DNA of 64,000 nt from a virus (taxonomy: Duplodnaviria > Heunggongvirae > Uroviricota > Caudoviricetes), in the IMG/VR virus record IMGVR_UViG_3300009784_000001, positions 182,418 to 246,417 of that record; one strand, given 5' to 3'. Each line of letters begins with the position of its first letter. Within the stretch, counting starts at the first letter, position 1. Shown here piece after piece: positions 47,609 through 58,500 of this stretch. A model generated the notes under the pieces. That model made no database searches, had not been told where the DNA came from, and was given only the letters and a program-made list of their open reading frames with translations. Position numbers and translations under genes: made by a program.

Positions 47609-50600
47609 ATGGCTACTCAAAAACAAACAATAGAACAGCAACTTGAATTATTAAAACAATTTAAAGAAGAAGTTAATAATATAATTCAAGAACAAGCTAT
47701 GTTCAATTTTGATGCTATGGGAGAGAATACTACCAAATTAGCTGAAAGATTGGAATATATGCATGAATTAGTACCATTAAATAGAAAAATATTAGACCAA
47801 AATCAAAAACAAGTATCTACTAATCAGGAATTATTAGATATTATAAAAAAACAAACTGAAGAAAGAAAAGAAAGACAAAAAAAAGAAGATGAAATAAATG
47901 AGACAGAAAAAGAACGTGCTAGATTAGAAAAAGAAGAAGCAAAAAGACTTGAAAAGAGTAAAAAAGAATGGGATGATCAAGAAAAAAAGAGAACTGATAG
48001 AAATAATTCTTTACTTCAAGTAGGAAAAAGTATATGGAATGTAGTTTCAGGATTTGTTAAAAATTATGCAGAACAAGATGATAAATTATCTAAAATAAAT
48101 TCTCAATTTGGATTTGGAAAAGAACAACTAGGACAATGGAAAGAACAAATGTATGCTACTGCTTCTCAAACAGCAGTTATTGGTGGTAGTTTACAAGATA
48201 TATTAGAACTACAAAGTAAATATACATCAGCAATAGGAAGAACTAGTTTAATTTCACGAGATGCTATGATGAATATGGTAGCAATTTCAAAAATTATGGG
48301 TAGTAATGAAGCTGCTGTTCAATTTGCATCATCAATGGATGATATGGGAGCAAGTATATCTAGTGTTGGTGATTATATGAATAAAGTTACAGGAGATGCT
48401 TTAAAAAATGGAGTTGATATTCAAAAAACAGCACAAACTGTTCAACAAAATTTAAATCTTGCAAATAGATATACATTTAAAGATGGAATAACTGGATTAT
48501 CTAGAATGGCAGCATATTCAGTAACAACAAAATTAAATCTTCAAGAAGTTGGAAAAGCTGCTGACAAATTAGGGACGCTAGAAGGTGCAATAACAGCATC
48601 AGCAAAATTAAATGTTTTGGGTGGTAGTTTTGCATCAGGTTCTAATCCAATAGATATGCTTTACCAAGCAACTTCTGATTTTGAAGGACTTGGAAAAAGA
48701 TTACAAGATATGTTTTCAAAAAATATGTATCTTAACAGACAAACAGGTGTTTATGAAGCATCACCTGCTGATAAAATGAGAATGAAAGCAGCAGCACAAG
48801 AACTGGGAGTTGATTTTGATGAAATGTGGAAAACAAGTGTTCAAACTAATATAAGAAATTTATTGAAAGATACTGGTTTATTAGGACAAATGAAAAAAGT
48901 AGGGCTTAATGAATCAGATGAAGATTGGATGCTTAGTAAAGCAAGAGTTAGAACAAATAAAGAAACAGGAAAAGATGAAGCTGTTGTTAATGTAGCTGCA
49001 AGTGCAGAAGATGTTAAAAGTGGCAAATATGGTAAAGATATACAAGAAGGACAAATTATAGAAAAAGCAATTGGTGAACTGGATACTAAACAAGTACAAC
49101 AATTAAGACCACAAGAACAAAATATAATAGAAATAGCTCAAACTACAAGAGGTATAGGAGATGATATTCGTGATATTCGTGAAGTTATTTATAACAAATT
49201 ATTTGGTTGGTTACAAAAATTTAATAATTTTTTTGGTATTACAGATAAATTAAAATGGGTAAAAGAAGCAGTAGGAGGACATGCAGGAGTTGTAGCTGGA
49301 GGAGCTGCTGCTCTTTATGCTGGTAGTAGAATTGGTGGAAGTTTTATAAATAATGCAATACAAAATAGATTTTTTAAACCAAGACCTTTTCCAGAATCAG
49401 CAACAGCAGAAGAAGCAGCAACAGCAAGTAGAGGATCAAGATTAAGAAATTTATTTAGATTTGGAAGAAATACAGGTAGGGCAACTGAAGCTGTAGAAGA
49501 AGCTATTACACCATCAACTCGTATCATGAATACGATGAGAAGAGTTGGAATAACTGAGGATATGTTAAAATCTGGGAAAGGTTTAACAAAAGAAGTTGTG
49601 GAAGCTAACCCAGAATTAAAAACTATCTTACAAAATTTTTCAAAAGGGGGAAGAATAAATTATGGTAGTGCGGGTAGTGAAACACTTGGCAAGTTTGTTC
49701 GTACTTTTCGTGGAGGTGAAGAATTTTTAAGTAATGCAAGAGGAGGGAATGTATTAGGAGAAGTAGCTGAAAATGCAAATGCTGCACAAGGAACAATTAG
49801 AGCAACTGAAGAAGTTGCTAGTAATGCTTCTAAATTAGGCAAATTAAGTCGTTTTGGTGGTTTAATAAAACCTGTAGAAGGAATAGCAAAAGTAGGTGGA
49901 GCTGTAACTGGTGGTTTACTTGAAGGTGGATTTACTGCATTTGATGAATATCAAAAAGGAAATTTCAAATCAGACAGTGGAATGCAAGGAACAGCTATAG
50001 GCAAAACAGCAGGAGCAGCTATAGGAGCAACAGCAGGAGCTTTATTAATGTCATGGGCAGGACCAATAGGTATGGCTTTAGGTGGAATGGCTGGTGGATG
50101 GTTAGGAAAAAAAGCTGGTGGTTGGATAGGTTCTTTTTTTGATAAAAAAGAAGACAGAATAAAAAATTTAAATACTGATGAAGGAAAAGCATATAGTAAA
50201 ATAGATGCACAAAAAAACTTTGTTGATGCAATAAACAGTACTGATGATGAGCTATTAGTTATAAAAGAAATAGCAAAATCTGCTTATAATATAGAAGCTA
50301 TATTAAGAAGTAAGTTTGAAATAGATTCTAATAATTTGAATAAAAAAGAAAAAGAAAAACTTGAAGATGCAAAAGTAGATTTTTCCAAATTTGATACAAA
50401 AGATCCATTTAGAAATTATACAGTTGTTAATGATTTATCAGATGAAAATATTGGAACTCCTGCATATATTAAAAGAGGACAACAAACGTATAAAACTCAT
50501 CCAAATGACAAAATTATTGCAACAAAACCTGGTGGACCATTGTGGACTATGAATAATGATCAGTTAAAACTTTCACATGAAATGGCACTCCGTCCTAAAC

Positions 50601-50872
50601 CTGTTTCATTGAATACTCCTTCCATAAAAACACCAAATTATAATAATAATGCTCAATCTATTTCAATGCAGCCACTTGATATTAATATAAATGGAACATT
50701 AAGATTAGAAGCTGATGGAAAAGAAATTGATATAAGTCAAATTATAAAAGATCCAACCTTTGTAAGAAACTTGACAAATCTTATAAGTGCTAGTGTTAAA
50801 GATAAAAATTATCAAGGAAAATACAAATCTGAAAAAAATCAAGTGTTGGGATATTATTATAATGATAAATAA
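47609..50872 (+). CDS. Tail tape measure protein
   Basis: Long helical Ala/Gly/Gln-rich protein with GAAIGATAGALL..GPIG..LGG..GGWLG segment; follows chaperone. Confidence 0.85.
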   Translation: MATQKQTIEQQLELLKQFKEEVNNIIQEQAMFNFDAMGENTTKLAERLEYMHELVPLNRKILDQNQKQVSTNQELLDIIKKQTEERKERQKKEDEINETEKERARLEKEEAKRLEKSKKEWDDQEKKRTDRNNSLLQVGKSIWNVVSGFVKNYAEQDDKLSKINSQFGFGKEQLGQWKEQMYATASQTAVIGGSLQDILELQSKYTSAIGRTSLISRDAMMNMVAISKIMGSNEAAVQFASSMDDMGASISSVGDYMNKVTGDALKNGVDIQKTAQTVQQNLNLANRYTFKDGITGLSRMAAYSVTTKLNLQEVGKAADKLGTLEGAITASAKLNVLGGSFASGSNPIDMLYQATSDFEGLGKRLQDMFSKNMYLNRQTGVYEASPADKMRMKAAAQELGVDFDEMWKTSVQTNIRNLLKDTGLLGQMKKVGLNESDEDWMLSKARVRTNKETGKDEAVVNVAASAEDVKSGKYGKDIQEGQIIEKAIGELDTKQVQQLRPQEQNIIEIAQTTRGIGDDIRDIREVIYNKLFGWLQKFNNFFGITDKLKWVKEAVGGHAGVVAGGAAALYAGSRIGGSFINNAIQNRFFKPRPFPESATAEEAATASRGSRLRNLFRFGRNTGRATEAVEEAITPSTRIMNTMRRVGITEDMLKSGKGLTKEVVEANPELKTILQNFSKGGRINYGSAGSETLGKFVRTFRGGEEFLSNARGGNVLGEVAENANAAQGTIRATEEVASNASKLGKLSRFGGLIKPVEGIAKVGGAVTGGLLEGGFTAFDEYQKGNFKSDSGMQGTAIGKTAGAAIGATAGALLMSWAGPIGMALGGMAGGWLGKKAGGWIGSFFDKKEDRIKNLNTDEGKAYSKIDAQKNFVDAINSTDDELLVIKEIAKSAYNIEAILRSKFEIDSNNLNKKEKEKLEDAKVDFSKFDTKDPFRNYTVVNDLSDENIGTPAYIKRGQQTYKTHPNDKIIATKPGGPLWTMNNDQLKLSHEMALRPKPVSLNTPSIKTPNYNNNAQSISMQPLDININGTLRLEADGKEIDISQIIKDPTFVRNLTNLISASVKDKNYQGKYKSEKNQVLGYYYNDK

Positions 50873-50917
50873 TTTTTAATTTTTCTTGTTTTTTTCAAAA
50901 AAAAATCTATATTTAAA

Positions 50918-50989
50918 GGACCAGAGAACCTTTATTAATTTTAAAATTATTTAAATATATTTTAAATATATTTCTAGGTTCTCTGGTCC
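50918..50989. repeat. Perfect 14-bp inverted repeat around a 44-bp A/T spacer
   Basis: GGACCAGAGAACCT (50918-31) / AGGTTCTCTGGTCC (50976-89). Confidence 0.9.
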
Positions 50990-51002
50990 ACTAGGAGAAA
51001 TT

Positions 51003-51028
51003 TCTTGATTTTTTATCAGGATTTTTTT
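51003..51028 (+). terminator. Intrinsic terminator
   Basis: tcttgat-ttttt-atcagga + T7. Confidence 0.6.
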
Positions 51029-51081
51029 GTTTTATATTAAAAATGAAAATCATTATATTTATTTGAAATAGAAATTAAGAT

Positions 51082-54000
51082 ATGCCATTAACAGGTTTAA
51101 ATAGGATCTCACCATATATACGACAACAAATGTTGTTAAAAATAAACAATAATTTATATCCACAACAAGTTTTTAATGGTCAAACACTTACTCCAGATAT
51201 TGAAGAATATATTTCTCCAAGTGATTCTGTTAATAATAATAGACATTCGGATATTTTAACATTAACATCCAATTTGAATATTGTTAATGCAAGTGATGGA
51301 TATAGTGGAAATGTAAGGAGAGGAAATTATCAAAATCAATGGGATAAAAGAGGAGATGTAATCGAAATACCAAATATATGGGATCAAATAGAAAATCCTG
51401 ATGCTACTTTAATGAGTAATTGGAAAGATTCTAAAAGGAATCAATTCAATAGTTATCTTGATTATACCAATAGTATTTTTGGAACTCCAAGTAGTCTTGT
51501 AAATGTTATTGGAGGAATAGTTTCTGGGAATGGAGCAGGTTTATCACTTGGTGGCGGAAATGTTAGTGTTGTATCTGACTTTGATATACAGCAAACATTA
51601 GCAGGAAGAATATATTCAACAGCAACAGGTGATGATACTCCACTTGGTAAATTTGGTATGAAAGCTGCTGCCATATCAATGGCAAATAATACTTTAGCTA
51701 AAACTCAAAAAAATATTGTTGATCAAGGTGTAAATTGGTTAAAAGGGAAGTTAACATTTTGGGATAAATCAGATGATACGGATTTTGATATATCTTCAAA
51801 TTCAATTACAAATAAACCTGGTATAGTTGATGATATATTAAGTCAAACAGGTTTAGGTGGAGTTGTTAACACAGTAGCAAGTGGATTAGGATTAGGTAAT
51901 CTGTTATCCAATGTAGGGCAAAGTGTGGGAATTGGAATAGCTACTAGTCAAAATGATGGTAAATATATAGAATTGCCTTCTTCAACTTCACTATATAATG
52001 CTGATTCAGTATCTGCTTTATATGGAAAACTTGTAGTTGGTAATAATTTTGTAACAGTTCCAAATTTAAATTTTTTTCTTGATAATACTATAAAAATTTT
52101 TGATAGGAAACATAATAATGAACAATTAATTAGTTGGACTGGAAAGAAAAATGTTCTTACTCTTTATCAACATTTAAATATAAATAAATTTGGACCTGGA
52201 TATGAAAATGATAGTAGAATTAAAACAGGAGCATTAAATGTATCACAAGATTACTTAGAAAGTTTAAGAGATTATATAGGAAATATAAATCAACCACAAT
52301 TTAGTGGTAAAAGAGAAACTGAAAGATATGCAGGAGGCAATGAAGAAGGAACAGGTTCATGGATGGAAGTTGGATGGCAAGGTACTAATTCTGCTTCAAA
52401 TAATATAGAATATTTTGGTTTTGATAAGATTTTTCCAGACATAAATTATACTGATATTAACAATGGCGTTTATTATGGCTTTGATATTAATACAGGAATG
52501 AATAACAATACATTATTGGATAAAACACAGAGCTTGTTTAGAAATAGTAAAATAAATACAATAATCTCTGCATTTGGTAATGTTAGTGAAGGTATTTCAA
52601 GTATTCAATCAGCAGTAAATCCAATGTGGGGAATGTCAAAAGGAAGAAATTTATTAACAAAAGATTTTTGGGATAAAAAACTTACTGGTAGGAATTCACT
52701 TGGATATGATAATCCTTATTGTAGAGTTTGGACTTGGCATAATCAATATAGAAGATTGTCAAATCTCATCAGACCATTTTGGACGGGTCAAGATGGAGAT
52801 GGACCAGGAGAGCCAATGAAATTAAAGGATTTACATAGTTTACCTGGAATTACTGCTATAAGACCATATTTAGATAATTTTACACGTAATACTGTTTTGT
52901 TAGATAGTGGATTTGTTAAAATAGCTCCATATTATAGTGATTGGAAGAAAGCTAAAACTGCGAATGGTTTTACTGATACATTTGTTCATAGATATATGTT
53001 TTCAATAGAAAATCTTGCTTGGAAAGATATTTTACTGGAAAATAATTTATGTGCAAGTCAGATTGGTCCAAATGGTGGACGATTAATGTGGTTTGCTCCA
53101 TATAATTTGAAATTTAGTGAAGCTACAAATGTTAAAATAAATGAAGAAGATTTTATTGGTAGAGGAGAACCTGTTTATACTTATGTAAATACAGCTAGAA
53201 CAGGTAATTTGTCATTTACATTAATAGTTGATCATTCAGCTTTTATGGATTATATGGTTTTAAAAGATAATGATGCAGAAAATGATGAGCAAAGATTATT
53301 GAGATGGAATGCAGGTTGTGATATTCCTGATTTTCAAAATCCCAATAATGCAGGAAATGAACAAGCTCCTCTTAATGCTGTTCCTGTTCCACCAACAGAA
53401 CCAACAAAAGTTGATCCTGAACCAGATCAAACACCACCAGATTCTCAACCAGCTCAAAAAATTCCAGAAAAGAAAACTACTTTAACAAGAGTATATTATC
53501 CTAATGACTTTAGTGGAGTTGATGAATCAAGTGCAACAACTGCCTTGACATATGTTTATCAAGGTAATGGAAATAACATATATGGAAAAGGAGCTGGATA
53601 TGAGATGGGTGGTAATGTGACATTATCAAACTATAATACAAGTACAACAACAATGACAAGTATAGCATCAGGGCAAATTGTAAAAAATTTATTGTGTTCT
53701 GCTAAAAAAACTACACAAAATAATAGAGTTGTTATAGGTGGAGGTGGGCTTAGTCTTACACTACAAATAAAAGATGATTCTAACAATTTAATAGGTATGG
53801 CTGTAAATAGAACTGTTACAGATAAAGTATCTAATTATGGAGGAAAAGGAAATTTAGATGAGTTTTTACCAAGAGTAAAATATAAAATGGGTTATAGTTA
53901 TTGGGATATAACTAACAATGGATTAAATACACAGGAATTTGATGGTGGACGTTCTTTTAAATCTTTTTATGATGATTGTATGGCTATGCCTCCTAAATCT

Positions 54001-55203
54001 GATTTAATTGAATTATTTGTAGATGCGACTAAAGTTTATATTACAGGATATGCTAATACAGATGGTTATAATGATGATAATTCGCAATTGGCTGGTAATA
54101 GAGCAAAAACTTTATTTAAATTTATTCAGGAAACATTAGGAGGAAAAAGTGTGGATGTTGATAATCCAAATAAAGGTACAGGACAGCCTGCTACAGTTAA
54201 GAAAATATTAAATGATTTTACCAATACAGATAAATGGATCATTGGCCCAGCAGCTAAAACAGTGCAAGCAGACGTTCCAGCATGCTCTTCAGGTACAAAT
54301 TCAAAAGGAGGAAGATATGCTGATATTCAAGTTGTAATAAACCCTCCTGCTACACAAAATATACAAGATACTCCACAAGTGGGAAATGGTGGTAATATCA
54401 ATTCAAATACAGTTATAGCTGATAATAATGTTCGAGATTTTAATGTAGGTACAACTTATAAAATAAATGGTGGAAGAGGTAGATTAAGATATGATGAAGA
54501 AAGAACATTTTTTAAGGCTATTGAAAAAGATACTGATTTATTAATGAATACTTTGAAAGAAAAGATTGGTCATTTTGTACCTGCATTTCATAGTACTTCA
54601 CCTGAAGGGTTTAATGCAAGGCTTGGATTTTTACATCAGTGTACAAGGCAAGGACCAACTGTGAGTGCTACTGATGCTGATTTAATAACAGCAACCAATC
54701 TCTCTTTTGGAAGACCACCTGTTTGTGTATTAAGAATTGGAGACTTTTATCATACAAGAGTATTTATTGAATCATTGAATATTGAATTTGAGAATAATGG
54801 TGCTATTCAATGGGATTTAAATCCAGAAGGCATAGGAGTTCAGCCAATGTTTGCAAATGTATCTATGTCATTTAAATTTATGGGTGGACAAGATTTATCT
54901 GGCGCAATTAGTAGATTACAAAATGCTGTTACATTTAATTATTATGCTAATCAATCAGTTTATGATGATAGATCTGATATAATTTATAATAGAACACAAA
55001 AAAAATATGGAAGTACAAATACAAATACACAAGTAAGAGATGAAAATGGAGAACAAGAATTAAATCCCAATGATTTAGTTTTAGATAATTATTTGGAATT
55101 GTATGATCCATTTACTTATGTAAATGCAAAAGGAATACCAAAGAAAATAGAAGCTGGACCGATACAACCATTACCCCTTCCTAATCCAGTTGCTGTTCCA
55201 TAA
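51082..55203 (+). CDS. Baseplate / tube-initiator-like protein with OmpA-like peptidoglycan-binding domain
   Basis: FIGRGEPVYTY.NT.RTG.LSF, PPVCVLRIGDFY, QPMFANVSMSF; ITGYAN...NSQLAGNRAKT (OmpA C-like). Confidence 0.7.
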   Translation: MPLTGLNRISPYIRQQMLLKINNNLYPQQVFNGQTLTPDIEEYISPSDSVNNNRHSDILTLTSNLNIVNASDGYSGNVRRGNYQNQWDKRGDVIEIPNIWDQIENPDATLMSNWKDSKRNQFNSYLDYTNSIFGTPSSLVNVIGGIVSGNGAGLSLGGGNVSVVSDFDIQQTLAGRIYSTATGDDTPLGKFGMKAAAISMANNTLAKTQKNIVDQGVNWLKGKLTFWDKSDDTDFDISSNSITNKPGIVDDILSQTGLGGVVNTVASGLGLGNLLSNVGQSVGIGIATSQNDGKYIELPSSTSLYNADSVSALYGKLVVGNNFVTVPNLNFFLDNTIKIFDRKHNNEQLISWTGKKNVLTLYQHLNINKFGPGYENDSRIKTGALNVSQDYLESLRDYIGNINQPQFSGKRETERYAGGNEEGTGSWMEVGWQGTNSASNNIEYFGFDKIFPDINYTDINNGVYYGFDINTGMNNNTLLDKTQSLFRNSKINTIISAFGNVSEGISSIQSAVNPMWGMSKGRNLLTKDFWDKKLTGRNSLGYDNPYCRVWTWHNQYRRLSNLIRPFWTGQDGDGPGEPMKLKDLHSLPGITAIRPYLDNFTRNTVLLDSGFVKIAPYYSDWKKAKTANGFTDTFVHRYMFSIENLAWKDILLENNLCASQIGPNGGRLMWFAPYNLKFSEATNVKINEEDFIGRGEPVYTYVNTARTGNLSFTLIVDHSAFMDYMVLKDNDAENDEQRLLRWNAGCDIPDFQNPNNAGNEQAPLNAVPVPPTEPTKVDPEPDQTPPDSQPAQKIPEKKTTLTRVYYPNDFSGVDESSATTALTYVYQGNGNNIYGKGAGYEMGGNVTLSNYNTSTTTMTSIASGQIVKNLLCSAKKTTQNNRVVIGGGGLSLTLQIKDDSNNLIGMAVNRTVTDKVSNYGGKGNLDEFLPRVKYKMGYSYWDITNNGLNTQEFDGGRSFKSFYDDCMAMPPKSDLIELFVDATKVYITGYANTDGYNDDNSQLAGNRAKTLFKFIQETLGGKSVDVDNPNKGTGQPATVKKILNDFTNTDKWIIGPAAKTVQADVPACSSGTNSKGGRYADIQVVINPPATQNIQDTPQVGNGGNINSNTVIADNNVRDFNVGTTYKINGGRGRLRYDEERTFFKAIEKDTDLLMNTLKEKIGHFVPAFHSTSPEGFNARLGFLHQCTRQGPTVSATDADLITATNLSFGRPPVCVLRIGDFYHTRVFIESLNIEFENNGAIQWDLNPEGIGVQPMFANVSMSFKFMGGQDLSGAISRLQNAVTFNYYANQSVYDDRSDIIYNRTQKKYGSTNTNTQVRDENGEQELNPNDLVLDNYLELYDPFTYVNAKGIPKKIEAGPIQPLPLPNPVAVP

Positions 55204-55279
55204 ACTTTAAGAAATCCATTAAACCCATAAAAATAAAACTTGTTTAATTTGAATAAAATATTAATTTATAAATAAAAAA

Positions 55280-55597
55280 ATGTCATATTTACGATATGGT
55301 GGTGTAGCAGAAAGTGGTAGGGTAGAAATTTTGCCTTATCTTAAAATAGATAAAAGAAATACTGATATGTATGAACAATACATACTTGGAGATACTAGAC
55401 TTGATTTACTTTCATATAAATATTATGCAGATTCAAACTATGATTGGTTAATATTATTAGCTAATCCTGATTTAGCTAATATGGAATTTGAAATTGAAGA
55501 TGGAAATATATTGCGTATTCCTTATCCATTGGAAGTAGCATTAAATAGTTTTGAAAATAAATTAAATAGATATAAAAATTTATACGGATTTAGTTAA
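55280..55597 (+). CDS. Baseplate wedge protein (LysM / gp53-like)
   Basis: TRLDLLSYKYY...WLILLANP...ILRIP. Confidence 0.8.
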   Translation: MSYLRYGGVAESGRVEILPYLKIDKRNTDMYEQYILGDTRLDLLSYKYYADSNYDWLILLANPDLANMEFEIEDGNILRIPYPLEVALNSFENKLNRYKNLYGFS

Positions 55598-55599
55598 AT

Positions 55600-58500
55600 A
55601 TGGCTACACAACCAAGTACAAATAATAAAATAATTTTTTGGGATCCAAATGATAGTATGGGTGAAGGGCTTGTTCATCATCCAGAAGATTTATCAATATC
55701 AGTTCAATTATTGGTTACAGTTCCAGAAGAAAAGGGTGAAACAGATGGTAAATATTTTTGTATTGAATGGGTTCCAAGTGAGAAAAAAAATGCAGGAAAA
55801 TTAATTAGTTTCTTTAGTGGTAAAAATGTTGGCGGTTTGAATGTTTTAACTGATTTTTATAGTGATGTTAGTTATAATTCATCAAAAGATGGTAACATAC
55901 AAGAAGCATTAGGTATTTCTTCAATAAATATAGAATACGATTCATGGTATTTACCTCAAATTACTATTAATTTTATAGATATTAGAGGATTATCATTAAT
56001 GAATCCTGCACAGTATGCGTATAATGTACAAAGCAAAGTTGCTGGTAGTTTTTTTAAGGCATTATTTACTATTCCATATCCATTGTTTAAATTACAGGTA
56101 AAAGGGTTTTATGGAGATGCAGTAACTTATGACTTGCAATGTTGGGATGTTCGTAGCACATTAAATGCAGACACAGGGAATGTTGATATTGTTGCTAAAT
56201 TTGTTGGTTATACATATGCTTTTTTTGCTGATGTTCAATTTGATTTTATTAAGAGTGCGCCTTTTAACAAATATGGTGGTGAAACATATTGGGCAGAACA
56301 AGTAAATAATGGAAGATTTAAGTTAGATGGAACTGTTCCTATTCCAAATTTACCTGAATTAGAACATACTATTCAAGTTACAGTTGCAATGGCTGAAAAG
56401 TTAGAAACTGATGCTGATTTAAAAGATTATAATGTAGCTAACAATGGTTTAGATTTACTTAATGCAGCATATGTAACATTTGAAAATTATATAATTCAAT
56501 GTAATAAATTTGTTTCAAATCGAATACTAGGTGGAAATAGAGATACTGAAAATATTGTGAAATATTATGTCCCATCTGTATCAGAATTAGAAAATTTATT
56601 AAATGGTGATAAAGAATATCAAGATTCATTGAAAAGTTTAAAAGATGCTATAAATGTTTACAATACTTCTGAAGCAGGCACTAAAATTTCATCACTTGTA
56701 TTTCCTGGTGATAGTGAAGCTAATTGTGGTATAATAAATCATGGAGAACTTACTAAAATTGATGTTGAAGAGGCATATAGAATTGTAAGTGTTGGAGGAA
56801 AAGAAGAAAAAATATTAAATCAAGATATATTGAGTTTAGATTATAGTAATTTTATTACTTCGAGAACAAAAGCAAGGGATTTAATAGATAAAACAAGAAC
56901 TGATGGTGCATTAGCTTCTCAATCCAAGTTAGATGCTGTTATGGAGAAAAATGTAACATTTAGACCAACAATAAAGAATATTTTAAAGATATTTTTTGCT
57001 CATTTTGAAACCTTTTTTCAAGATTATTTTAAATGTATTGATTATATTAATACAAATCCTAGAAATGGTTCAAATCCAAAATTTAGAGGTATTATAGATG
57101 TTGAAAATCAGACCTTATTAAATACTCATACAGGTAATATAGATTTACCTCCATTTTTTCATATTTTTATGAAAGATGATAAGAAAACAGAAACATGGAT
57201 TGGAGATGATAATATTGGTGTTATTAATAAAGAAGATTTTGAAGAAGTTAAATATATAACATTATATACAGATTCCTTAACTGCTTATGGAAAAAGAGAA
57301 GATGAATTAGGAGCTTCTTCTAATATGTCTTATGATGATACATTTTGGTTTCCTATTAATCCATTTGATATAAGTGCTAAAATTGTAAATAATGGGGTTC
57401 ACTTAAATAATCCATATAATGTTTTTAAAACTTCTGATGCTAATTCTGATTTTTATAATGTTGTAACTCAAATTGGGATTAGAATGTTCTTTGGATTAAG
57501 TACATATGATGGAAAAAAACTTTCTGATGAAATTATAAAAGCTATTTCAAAAGCAGAAGCATTAAACATTTATAATATTCTTGGAAATAATAAGGATATG
57601 ATGGCTCATTTTAAACTTGATACAGTTTCAAATGAAATACTAGCTTTATTGCAAGGTAATAGAGATTCTAATAATAAATTTTTAATTGATATTAATATAG
57701 ATCAAAAATTAAGTGGAGTTACAGATAAATCAGATGTATTTCATCCTTTAGCTAGAGTTTTTTCTAGTTCCACTGGTGGAAATTATGTGTATGATTTTAT
57801 AGTTGGAAAAAGTAATATAGATTTTTCAGTTTTACCTTTATTTTCTGCATTAGTTGGAGATTATAATGCTAATGAACAGATTAAAGTAGTTTCTAAAGGT
57901 CAAGCTAATTATAATGCTGGTGTTCCATTATTAGTTAATAAAGAAACAACTTGGAGTGGGGCTAAAAATGCTTTTTTTTCTATTCAAAAATATACAAAAG
58001 ATATTGATAGATTGAAAGATAAAGTAAGTACTGAAGATGCTGATATTGGGCATACTTTAGTTGGACTTTGGTTTTTAGGGGTTGATGATTCAGTTTCATT
58101 ATTTAATAGTAATTTACCTACAGTTTCAAGTTATAAGAATAAAGCAAAACTTATGGAAGGAGATAATTCATATAGAACTATTCCTATGATAACTGATGAA
58201 AATAGAACAAAAAGCACTTCTATTTCCAATGCTTTTTTAAATCTTAGTACTTCTGCTATACAATTTTATGAAAGTGGTCAAAATCTTGATGTTACATTAA
58301 AAGAATTAAGAAATAGTGATTATTCTTCTTATATATTACAAAACATAAGTTTTATTGATAATAAGGGGAATATAAGAAGTTTGTTTGGGGATAAAATTTA
58401 TTATTTACAGAATAATAAATTGTTATTAAATAATTTTACTGATAAAGATGAACAAGAGAGAAGTATATGTGCTAAAGCAGCTTTATTTGTTAATTGTTTA

